Under the pieces are notes generated by a model. The model saw only the letters and a program-made list of their open reading frames with translations, was not told the origin of the DNA and did no database searches. Of a stretch of 27,272 nt of DNA, positions 1 through 7,999 are shown in pieces (within the stretch, counting starts at the first letter, position 1; each line of letters opens with the position of its first letter). A program made the position numbers and the translations under genes. Source of the stretch: Candidatus Thorarchaeota archaeon (GTDB lineage: Archaea > Asgardarchaeota > Thorarchaeia > Thorarchaeales > Thorarchaeaceae); assembly GCA_016839445.1 (NCBI GenBank), contig JAEOUG010000054.1, positions 1 through 27,272 of the forward strand. The letters are read 5' to 3'.

Positions 1-163
1 GAGGTCTATACACCCCGAACGGTAGATGAGCTAGTCCAGAGGGTTCGAATCCATCATAGGCTATCGGATTCTTCTTCGTTTCCAGGAGTTCCCTCAATTC
101 AGGCATCGTCACTATTTCTTCGCCAACCCCGGCGATTAGCTTGACTCGTTCATCAAGGTTCAT
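1..163 (-). CDS. tyrS: Tyrosine--tRNA ligase, N-terminal 54 aa (runs off the left edge of the window)
   Basis: Manual translation from ATG at 163: MNLDERVKLIAGVGEEIVTMPELRELLETKKNPIAYDGFEPSGLAHLPFGVYRP. The EEIVT..EL..LL and YDGFEPSG..H motifs are the archaeal/eukaryotic TyrRS N-terminus, with a variant HIGH motif. Not in the ORF track. Confidence 0.9.
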   Translation of the reverse strand, partial: MNLDERVKLIAGVGEEIVTMPELRELLETKKNPIAYDGFEPSGLAHLPFGVYRP

Positions 164-187
164 AGCAACCGAGGAGATGCCTACCTC

Positions 188-200
188 ACTTAACTTTTCT
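188..200 (-). promoter_or_regulatory. Putative BRE/TATA element for tyrS (leaderless transcript)
   Basis: Minus strand AGAAAAGTTAAGT lies about 25-37 nt upstream of the ATG, the typical archaeal spacing for a leaderless mRNA. There is no SD motif next to the start. Confidence 0.45.
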
Positions 201-226
201 CCAATATGGCCTGAAAGGGGCAGAGA

Positions 227-249
227 CCAGCCGGACGTGCTCCGGCTGG
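227..249 (-). terminator. GC-rich hairpin downstream of the giant-protein operon (terminator or 3' stabiliser)
   Basis: Perfect 9-bp inverted repeat CCAGCCGGA-cgtgc-TCCGGCTGG, 13 nt past the stop at 263. It is followed on the minus strand by a pyrimidine run (TCTCTGCCCCTTTC). Confidence 0.5.
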
Positions 250-262
250 CTAGTCTGTGATT

Positions 263-3200
263 CTAGTCGAGGTCAATACCTAGGCTGTCAAGCAGCGCAT
301 CAAGGTCAGCCTTGGAGAGGCTCTTCGCCTCTTCAACAATTACCTCAATCTCCTCAGGAGCCATGCCCTTCTTGAGTAGCTTCTCCTTGAGGTCCTGCAG
401 TTCACCAGGTGTCTCCTCGAGACGTAGTTCCTCACGGGCTGGTGCTTCCTTGACAGGTTTCGCCAAGGCATCCGCTCTCCTTGCCTTCTCCTGATCAATG
501 ACCTCCTTGAGGAAGCCAGGCCTCTCACTTGGCCTCATTCTGGCCAGGTCCGTCCTGAATGCCTCAATCTCGGCTTCTCCGAGGCCCGTGATTGACGCAA
601 GCTCCTCGAGGAGCTCGTTCACTTCGGGCACTGTGGTCACGATGGGTTCTGGAGCCACTTCAGCCTCAACCTTGGACAGCTTCAGAGCGTCTAGGTCTTC
701 ATTGACGATGGCCAAGGCAAGTGCCAATCTGGTTGGAGCACTGGCAGGCTTAGGAACTCGACCCTTGGCAAGTGCGCGAATCATGCGATTCAGCTCGCGA
801 ATGCCCTTCGGTACACTCCATACCTTGACGTACGCCAGAAGCAAGAAAGCTATGAGAATCAGACCAGAACCTACTCCGTAGGTAAGAGCCTGCTGGAACT
901 GCTGGCCTGAGCTGACATCCGACTTGATGACAAGCACTCTGAACTGAGTCACGTAGTCCTGCTTCTCAAACGTGATTGTCACGTAGAAGGTTCGACCGAT
1001 GTTGGAGGCTCCTGCCTGGAAGAATATTGTGTAGGTGCCCTCTTCATCAATCGTGAGATCCTCAAAGAACGTGACATTCTGCTGGTCGTAGTCAATTGTG
1101 ATGTTGGCTCCGGAAATCCCTATTTGATGATCGAGGTCGAAGTAGGTGAACGTGAGACTCTCTGACCTCCCCGGTATCGTCTCCACTGTCAGGTTCCCAT
1201 GGATCAGGGTCGTCAGAATGGGCCTGATAGTCAAGTCGAGATGGAGAGGGCCTAGCAGGTACTTAGTTGTGGAGAATATGATGTCAAACGCGTACGTACC
1301 GTAGGGCAGGTCACTGGCCAGCGGCAGGATATAGATGTCACCGACGAGGTCCAACTCAATGCTGCCCAATTGCACCGAGTGGGCCACTCCAATGACATCC
1401 GTGACATTCGAGTTGTCAAGCAGATTCCTGACGAAGTACTCGACCTCGATGATGTCATAGATTGCAGCCGAGTATGTTTCCGGCCCGACGATCTCTGCCG
1501 GTGTCGGGTAGATCTCTATCTTTGCAGTGTACGTCCGAGTTGTGTAGTTGGTGAGGTCGAACCGAACGACTAGGTCGTAGAGCCCTGGAACCTCGACTGT
1601 GAGCACGACCTCAACTGTGTAGTACCCAGATCCAATGTCTGTGACGTAGCCCAGACCGCCTACCCAAGCAGCGAACACATTCGCATTTTCAATTCCCGCG
1701 TCATGCTGGACGTCGTAGTAGTAGAAGGTGTATGTGAGATTGTATCCTGTGTAGTTGCTCTTCGTGACTGTGTCAACAGAAACCTCGGTAGGTATTGGAA
1801 GGATTGTCACGATGATTGACTTCAGTCCAGTGGCGTATCCCGGTTTCTCGGCCCTCAGTCGAAGATAGATTGACTGTGACGCCAGAGAGCTGATGTCAAT
1901 GTCTCCACTGTATGTTCCGTTGCCTTCAGGGTAGAGAGTCCCATTCAGAGACCCGAGAGTGTATCTGACTGTGGCTCCAGTGATGAGTACGCTGTTGTAT
2001 GTGTCGTTGTAGTAGACTAGTATGACCAAGCGATCGCCGAAGTATACCGTGACTATTGTGCTACCATCTGAAAGACGGACTTCAGTCGGGATTGGCACGA
2101 CATTGATGTCGATTGTGTTCTCCAGGAATGCGTGGTTCAATTCGACTGCGCGGATTATCAACGGATATTGACCAATCGCGAATCCCGTCACATCAAGGCT
2201 GCCCTGGTACAGTCCAGGAGTGGCAGTTGGGGTCAGAGCATACACAGAGCCATTCCACTCCATCGTTACAGTGGCACCTGTGACCGGTAGGCTGCGTATT
2301 GTGTCATTCAGATATACGTTGAATACGAGCGTAGTGTCAATCACAACACTATACACAGACTGGCCAGGAAGGATTTGACCGGTGGCCTTGTCAACTACCA
2401 AGGTGAAGGCCTTTGTCCGAGGCTGATAGAACTCCCTGGTGAAGGTGATCTGAGGGGAGAATGTACCGAAGTCGGCATCGGCTGTGTCCAAGAGGAGGCC
2501 ATAGTAGCCACCCACAAGCTCAGTGAAGTTGTAGATGGTGCCGCTCCACAGGAGGGTTGCCTCACCATCTATGACAGGAGTGCCATAGAAGACCTCAATG
2601 GCTTGGAAGGTTATGTTGACAGACTCTCCCCAATCAGCGAAGTACGCTGTCTTGCCCATGATGATTTCAACCGTCGAGGCGCCAGGTTGTACAGACACTG
2701 TCGCAATGGCAGACTGGTAGAAGGTCTTCTCGCTCCAGACATGGAAGGTGTATTTCTGAGAGAGCAATCCTTCGGTAGTGAGGGTTAGTAGATAGACCCC
2801 GTTTCCAACCTCCTCAACTGCGTAGCCGGTTCCTGCAACCAATGTCCAGTCGGTCTCAATCGTTGCACCCTCAAGGAGCAGGTTGTGGTCGAAGTCCTTC
2901 AGGAGCAAGGTGACTTCAATAGGCACACCAATTGCGGTGGAACCCGCAGGAGGTGCTTGAGCAAGCAGAGATGTCTTGACCAGGTTGATTGCCGCTGGAA
3001 CGCCTAGGGTCGTCCTGGATGCATAGAAGGGCGTTCCGCTCCTAGATAGAGTAAGGTCGAAGAACACAAGTCCTGTGTCACCAAACACCGTCGTGTTGAT
3101 GGACACTCGATAGAGACCGCCGCCTAGCAGCTCCAGGGAATAGCCTGAGATGCTGCCGTTCACACTTGTTATGAGGACTGTTGCCCCGTCGATTCCTCCT

Positions 3201-6200
3201 CCAGAGAGGTAGTCGATGTAGCTGAACTCGAGCGTTATGTTGTCGAAGTACGGAGTCTCAGCGACAAGCGGGAACAGAATCTGTGTAGGTCGCTCGACCG
3301 TAGTGGCCTTGGTCACAGTGCTGCGAGGAGCGTAATAGGGGCTTCCACTACTGGCATCAATGGCCAACTGGATCTCATACGCTGAGACCAGTCCCGTCGG
3401 GTTCAAGATGGTTGAACTGAACCGGATCTCGTAGTACGTTGGGTTGTTGATGAGTGTGTAGTCGCCTGAGGCGATGAGGGTGTGTGACGGACCGTGAGTC
3501 AGAGTGATGTGGGACTTGTCTATGGTGATCTTAGTCCCCGTAAGGAAGTCCGTGTATCTGAACCTGAAAACGATCTCTTCCAAGAACGGCGTTTCTCCGG
3601 GAGTCTGTGTGATGAGGATCTGAGTGACCCTCTGGGTGACTCTCGCGATGATGTTTCTCGTTCCACCAAGGTAGAACGGCTCACCGGAGTAGGAGATTGT
3701 CACAGTAAGGCGATACTTCGCAGGCGCTCCTAGCGCGGTGCTGTCGACCTCAATGAGGTAATTGCCCTCGCCCTGATAGCTGACCCAGTAGTTTGAATTC
3801 AACACAAGTGCAAAAGTGCCGTTAGCAGTCACAGTCACTGTGGCACCCGGTATGCCCCGCCCCGTACTATCATCAGTGTAGGATACAACCAGAGATACGT
3901 TGTCGAGATAGGGAGTTGGGTCCGGACTGTCGTATCCAATCTGCGTGCTGCGCTTCAGAACTGAGAAGTCGAAGACCTCCACTCCGTTTGCGAAGGTAGC
4001 ACTTGCATGGACCACAGTGGCAGTAATCGAATAGACTCCATCTGACGCAAAGGCAGTAGTGTTAATCACCACCACGAAGATCCCGTCACCATAGAACTGC
4101 ACGCTGTACTTGTCAGCTGCGATGTTCAGAGTGAGAGTACCAGTCATTCCGAGATTGGTGCCAGCAATCAGGTCTGTGTACAGGAAGGTGATAGTTACAT
4201 TATTGCCCCACTGGCCTGGAGCGAAGCTCGCGTGTGTCAACTGAGTCGCTCGTAGGATGACCGTAACAGTGAACGACCTACTACCCACAGACGCGTAGAA
4301 TGGCGCACCCGTGAATGTCACATTGAGGTGGAGGATGTGCACGCCCACGCTACCCAGACTGCTCGTGTCGATGTACAAGGTGAACACTCGGGTTCCAGAG
4401 TTGTAGGACATGGTGAATGACACGCCAAGATCATTCAGGCTGACAAGCACCTGACCGGAGTTCGGAATCCTTGTCGAGGTCAAGGTGTCAACGTAACTGA
4501 ACGAGAAGACTGCATCCTCACCGTAAGGAGTTGAAGCCACAGGGGAATAGTCGATGTAGGTGGGCCTATCTAGCACAACCAATGTCACGACCATCGTGCG
4601 GTTCTCATAGAGAGGTGATACGCCCTTTTCCCACATGAACCTGAGCTCGAACCTGAAGGTGTCTGTGCTTGGGAAGAGCGAGCTATCAAGCTGGAAGAAG
4701 TAGGTTCCCGGAGTCGTGCCAGACTCATATATGATGAAGTCAGACTGAGTGACTGAGTGCCCTGCATCCAACGGAGTTACTGTGACGAAGACATGATACG
4801 AGTCATTGTCGATGCGTTGGGCACCAATCATATCCCAATAGACCGCACTGAAGACGAATGTGTTCTGATAATACGTCGCCGTTGGGGCCTGCTCAAGATA
4901 CAGGTCTGTGTCCGTACCGGTTATGCGAACCGATGTGTTGATTGTCTGGCTGTAGAACTTGTCCACTGCACCAATCCATTCAATGTCAATCGTTAGGTCC
5001 TTCCAACCTATAGACCCCCATTGAAGTGTTGGGATGCTGATGTTGTAGTGACCTGTTCCAAGCAACGAGTCTGCGCTTGTGTAGATCACCGCGCCCAGCT
5101 CTGAAGTGGATACAGTGACTCTCACTTCGCTGGTACCATTACCAATGCCCACCCTGAGATCTGTGTCCTGGTAGAAGACAAGCACGGTGATTGTGCCACC
5201 ATAGGGTGTCTGAACGATTGGGTCATCAAGGACAAACAGGGTGTTGCGTTTGCGAATCTCCACACCGATGTTGAAAGTGTGATTCTGGTAGTTGAACTTC
5301 TCAATATTGAAGGTCACTGTAATCAGATTCGTACCAGTAAGAGGATCGTCGGACTGAGTGTATATCGTGATGTTGTAGGTCCCTGGGGATAACTCATCTA
5401 CAGTGTAGTTCTTGTCTCCGGACTCGTGGAAGTCAGTCCAGTTACAGGTTATCGAGTAGTTGGAGTTCTGGATAGGAGTCCCATGATCGAAGTCCGTCCA
5501 AGTCAATATGAAGGAAGCAGACTCGCCAAGAGGAATCGAGAGCTCGTTCGAGGTGTAGGAAATGGTGTTGTATATCTCTCGCACATCAACATACATGACA
5601 AGGCTCTGAGGCTCCACAAAGGGTTTCTTCGCCGTAATCTCGATGGGGTACTCTCCAATCGGCATTCCGGCCGTATTCAACTGGAACTGGTAGACGCCAG
5701 AACCGATGGGTGTGAGAGAGAAGGGATTTGCCCAGTCACACGAAATCGTTGCGCCAGTTATCCCTGTTCCATTCACGTTTTGGAATCGAACTCTGAAAGT
5801 CTGAGTGTCTCCGACCGGACCCGATATCCCAGGGTACTGTGGAGATGTCAGTACGGCTGCGTAGTTCACATTGATTGTGAGCGCCGTGCTGGCCGGGTCA
5901 AAGCTGGGGTGAGCCCAGTCTAGATCCATGACATACTGCCCCTTGCCAGGAAGCAAGGATGTGTCGACTACCTTGGTGTACTGCCCATTCCCGCTGTCAT
6001 CGAAGTCTTCGGAACCGAGAACCCAATCAAGAGTCAGAGTTCCTCCGGAGACAAGAACTGAGCTGTCAGTGTCCTCTGCCTCCATGATAATGAGAAGCAA
6101 GTCACCGAAGGTCACATTCGTCGTCAGTGTGGAAACAGCATCGGTCGGATAGACAAGAGCAAGATCAGAGTTGTGTCGGATTCTGAATGGTCTCTTGAAG

Positions 6201-7999
6201 AAACCAACAGAAGTCCAGTCGCCACCAGCACCCACATTGTTGGTGTTTGCCTGAATCATCCATTCACCTGCAGGCGCAGTACCACCAGGGAAACTGATTG
6301 ACGATGTAGTGGCATACCCTGAGCCATCCACCGTTTCAGTGTACGTGTTCCACACGCTACCATCAGGTCTGTAGACGGTGATGTTAACCTCGGAACCGGT
6401 GAAGCCAGGACCGAGATAGACTCGTATCTGAGTTGAATCTTCAGCTCTGAGCTCAACATCTCTCTCCCAGCTATCTCCGTCCCAAAGACGTAGATCCGTA
6501 ATCATGTTAGGAGATGTGCTGAGAAAACGCCAGTATCCATATCTTCCTGCCTCAGTGGCTATCGCGTATGCCGATATGTTGACATAGCCATCACCAGGCG
6601 CCCCACCAGTCCACCCGCTAGTGAGATTGGTTGACGGTGCAAGCGGCTTCGCTACGAAGTAGACATCGCGGTCAAGAGGCAGCGTTTCGTTGAAGAAGTA
6701 GCGATTAACGTAGCCTGTTGGTATGTTTGCCCTAAAGTACGAAGTGAAGTTGGCCGCAGTTCCGTTCAGGATGACAAACTTCTCGCCGTAGGATGTAGGA
6801 CTAATCTCGTACACGCTGCTGATGTCCAGCCGTCGCGCAAATAGGTTGGCTGAAGCGTCGAACTCCACCTTGATGACGGTGTTAGGATTCGGAGTAGAGG
6901 GAGTAGGAGTCCAGGTGAACACGAGATTCACTGGGCTTGTGTCCCATGGTGATGAAGGAACCTGAGTAATCGATGCTTGCCCAGGAGTGGGGCCGTCACT
7001 AACACTCAGACCATTCATCTCTAGATTGATGTCCGTTGGGTCGACAAGTGTCTTCATGAAGAGCTGGAAATTGTCAAACCTCGCCAGAGGACCGATCTCT
7101 GGGGCATATCCCACGACCTGTGTGCTCCAGAGCCCAAGCTCTGCAAGAACTGTGTTGTCTGTGAAGACAGAAGGATTGATAGTGATCAGGCCGGAATTGT
7201 ACCAGGTTTCCTCTGCGTCTATCTGCTCAAACACCTTCTGCCAGACATACTGGGATTCCACACTGAGATATAGACTGAATGACCCTGTCATGCCATAGTG
7301 AGTGTCATCCTGAGTATCAGCCCAGTAGTCCACCGTGAAGCCTGCCCAGACCACCGCACCCCTGTCGATGGTGGCCGTCTGACGTACCCATGCCCTTTCA
7401 TTGTCATAGTAGAACGGGGCACTCGTGCTATCGGAGTTAATCTCAAGCTCGACACAATCGTTTCCAGCACCGTGGCCGTCAGTGCGAATCAGTCCACTTA
7501 CAGTACTGTAGCCAGCATTCGACGTGGGCACAATACTCCAAGGTGATGTGCCACTCTCGAAATCGGGGTTCTGGAACCAAGTCCTGTTCTCAGTCAGCCC
7601 CGTGATTACCACATCAGCTTGATAGGCCTCCCAACCAACTCCCATAGTAACTCCAGCAGTAAAGTCAGTGGTGCCAGATCCTGGGATGTATTCCAGTTCA
7701 CTGTCGGAATAGCTACTCGTGCTGTTACCGAATTCAGAGCCGATCAACGGCGCATTCGTGCCAGACCACTCTGTCCAGCCCTGTTCAGTAAGCACGAACC
7801 GATGGAGTTCTTCGTTCGGGCCAAGCTCGATGAACTCACCGTTGCCGAGGTCTACAAGCCTCACATCCTCTGAATCACCAGATCCGGGGCTGCTCCCGGG
7901 GGTGAGATAATTGGAAACGATGTTTGGCGTGAAGGCCATAGGAAGCAACATGACTGCTGCAAAGAACAGCAGTGCAATCATCTGTCTTCGAGCTTTCAC
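263..7999 (-). CDS. Giant single-pass cell-surface glycoprotein A (2578 aa): signal peptide, head domain, 17 Ig-like repeats, TM, 184-aa cytoplasmic tail
   Basis: The N-terminus MKARRQMIALLFFAAVMLLPMA is a signal peptide. The ectodomain is T/S/Y/G/V-rich with many NxS/T sequons and a recurring ~100-aa motif. TM ALTYGVGSGLILIAFLLLAYVKVW lies at ~818-889, followed by a charged helical tail. The GTG start overlaps the upstream TGA (GTGA), and GGAGG at 8009-8013 is 9 nt upstream. Confidence 0.9.
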   Translation of the reverse strand: MKARRQMIALLFFAAVMLLPMAFTPNIVSNYLTPGSSPGSGDSEDVRLVDLGNGEFIELGPNEELHRFVLTEQGWTEWSGTNAPLIGSEFGNSTSSYSDSELEYIPGSGTTDFTAGVTMGVGWEAYQADVVITGLTENRTWFQNPDFESGTSPWSIVPTSNAGYSTVSGLIRTDGHGAGNDCVELEINSDSTSAPFYYDNERAWVRQTATIDRGAVVWAGFTVDYWADTQDDTHYGMTGSFSLYLSVESQYVWQKVFEQIDAEETWYNSGLITINPSVFTDNTVLAELGLWSTQVVGYAPEIGPLARFDNFQLFMKTLVDPTDINLEMNGLSVSDGPTPGQASITQVPSSPWDTSPVNLVFTWTPTPSTPNPNTVIKVEFDASANLFARRLDISSVYEISPTSYGEKFVILNGTAANFTSYFRANIPTGYVNRYFFNETLPLDRDVYFVAKPLAPSTNLTSGWTGGAPGDGYVNISAYAIATEAGRYGYWRFLSTSPNMITDLRLWDGDSWERDVELRAEDSTQIRVYLGPGFTGSEVNITVYRPDGSVWNTYTETVDGSGYATTSSISFPGGTAPAGEWMIQANTNNVGAGGDWTSVGFFKRPFRIRHNSDLALVYPTDAVSTLTTNVTFGDLLLIIMEAEDTDSSVLVSGGTLTLDWVLGSEDFDDSGNGQYTKVVDTSLLPGKGQYVMDLDWAHPSFDPASTALTINVNYAAVLTSPQYPGISGPVGDTQTFRVRFQNVNGTGITGATISCDWANPFSLTPIGSGVYQFQLNTAGMPIGEYPIEITAKKPFVEPQSLVMYVDVREIYNTISYTSNELSIPLGESASFILTWTDFDHGTPIQNSNYSITCNWTDFHESGDKNYTVDELSPGTYNITIYTQSDDPLTGTNLITVTFNIEKFNYQNHTFNIGVEIRKRNTLFVLDDPIVQTPYGGTITVLVFYQDTDLRVGIGNGTSEVRVTVSTSELGAVIYTSADSLLGTGHYNISIPTLQWGSIGWKDLTIDIEWIGAVDKFYSQTINTSVRITGTDTDLYLEQAPTATYYQNTFVFSAVYWDMIGAQRIDNDSYHVFVTVTPLDAGHSVTQSDFIIYESGTTPGTYFFQLDSSLFPSTDTFRFELRFMWEKGVSPLYENRTMVVTLVVLDRPTYIDYSPVASTPYGEDAVFSFSYVDTLTSTRIPNSGQVLVSLNDLGVSFTMSYNSGTRVFTLYIDTSSLGSVGVHILHLNVTFTGAPFYASVGSRSFTVTVILRATQLTHASFAPGQWGNNVTITFLYTDLIAGTNLGMTGTLTLNIAADKYSVQFYGDGIFVVVINTTAFASDGVYSITATVVHASATFANGVEVFDFSVLKRSTQIGYDSPDPTPYLDNVSLVVSYTDDSTGRGIPGATVTVTANGTFALVLNSNYWVSYQGEGNYLIEVDSTALGAPAKYRLTVTISYSGEPFYLGGTRNIIARVTQRVTQILITQTPGETPFLEEIVFRFRYTDFLTGTKITIDKSHITLTHGPSHTLIASGDYTLINNPTYYEIRFSSTILNPTGLVSAYEIQLAIDASSGSPYYAPRSTVTKATTVERPTQILFPLVAETPYFDNITLEFSYIDYLSGGGIDGATVLITSVNGSISGYSLELLGGGLYRVSINTTVFGDTGLVFFDLTLSRSGTPFYASRTTLGVPAAINLVKTSLLAQAPPAGSTAIGVPIEVTLLLKDFDHNLLLEGATIETDWTLVAGTGYAVEEVGNGVYLLTLTTEGLLSQKYTFHVWSEKTFYQSAIATVSVQPGASTVEIIMGKTAYFADWGESVNITFQAIEVFYGTPVIDGEATLLWSGTIYNFTELVGGYYGLLLDTADADFGTFSPQITFTREFYQPRTKAFTLVVDKATGQILPGQSVYSVVIDTTLVFNVYLNDTIRSLPVTGATVTMEWNGSVYALTPTATPGLYQGSLDVTGFAIGQYPLIIRAVELNHAFLENTIDINVVPIPTEVRLSDGSTIVTVYFGDRLVILVYYNDTYNSVLITGATVRYTLGSLNGTLYPEGNGTYSGDIDISSLASQSIYLRLRAEKPGYATGLKSIIVTILPIPTEVSVDTVTKSNYTGYNLTYTFYYYDVQHDAGIENANVFAAWVGGLGYVTDIGSGYYTVEVVLTVEVPGLYDLVVRFDLTNYTTRTYTAKIEIYPTPAEIVGPETYSAAIYDIIEVEYFVRNLLDNSNVTDVIGVAHSVQLGSIELDLVGDIYILPLASDLPYGTYAFDIIFSTTKYLLGPLHLDLTIRPILTTLIHGNLTVETIPGRSESLTFTYFDLDHQIGISGANITIDYDQQNVTFFEDLTIDEEGTYTIFFQAGASNIGRTFYVTITFEKQDYVTQFRVLVIKSDVSSGQQFQQALTYGVGSGLILIAFLLLAYVKVWSVPKGIRELNRMIRALAKGRVPKPASAPTRLALALAIVNEDLDALKLSKVEAEVAPEPIVTTVPEVNELLEELASITGLGEAEIEAFRTDLARMRPSERPGFLKEVIDQEKARRADALAKPVKEAPAREELRLEETPGELQDLKEKLLKKGMAPEEIEVIVEEAKSLSKADLDALLDSLGIDLD
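920..6180 (-). repeat. 17 degenerate tandem protein repeats (~95-115 aa; beta-sandwich/Ig-like) in protein A
   Basis: Consensus by eye: pyG..v.f.f.Y.D....gI.gA.v...w.....gnG.Y.i.idT..l...g.y.l.i....fy......i.v..r.T. Examples: PYLDNVSLVVSYTDDSTGRGIPGA, PYFDNITLEFSYIDYLSGGGIDGA, YFGDRLVILVYYNDTYNSVLITGA. Boundaries are approximate. Confidence 0.8.

Noticed and set aside
7996-7998. Stop read-through, recoding or an assembly frameshift fusing B and A into one ~5,200-aa protein
   Set aside because: Each gene has its own signal peptide, TM and complete tail, and A has its own SD. They are two separate genes.
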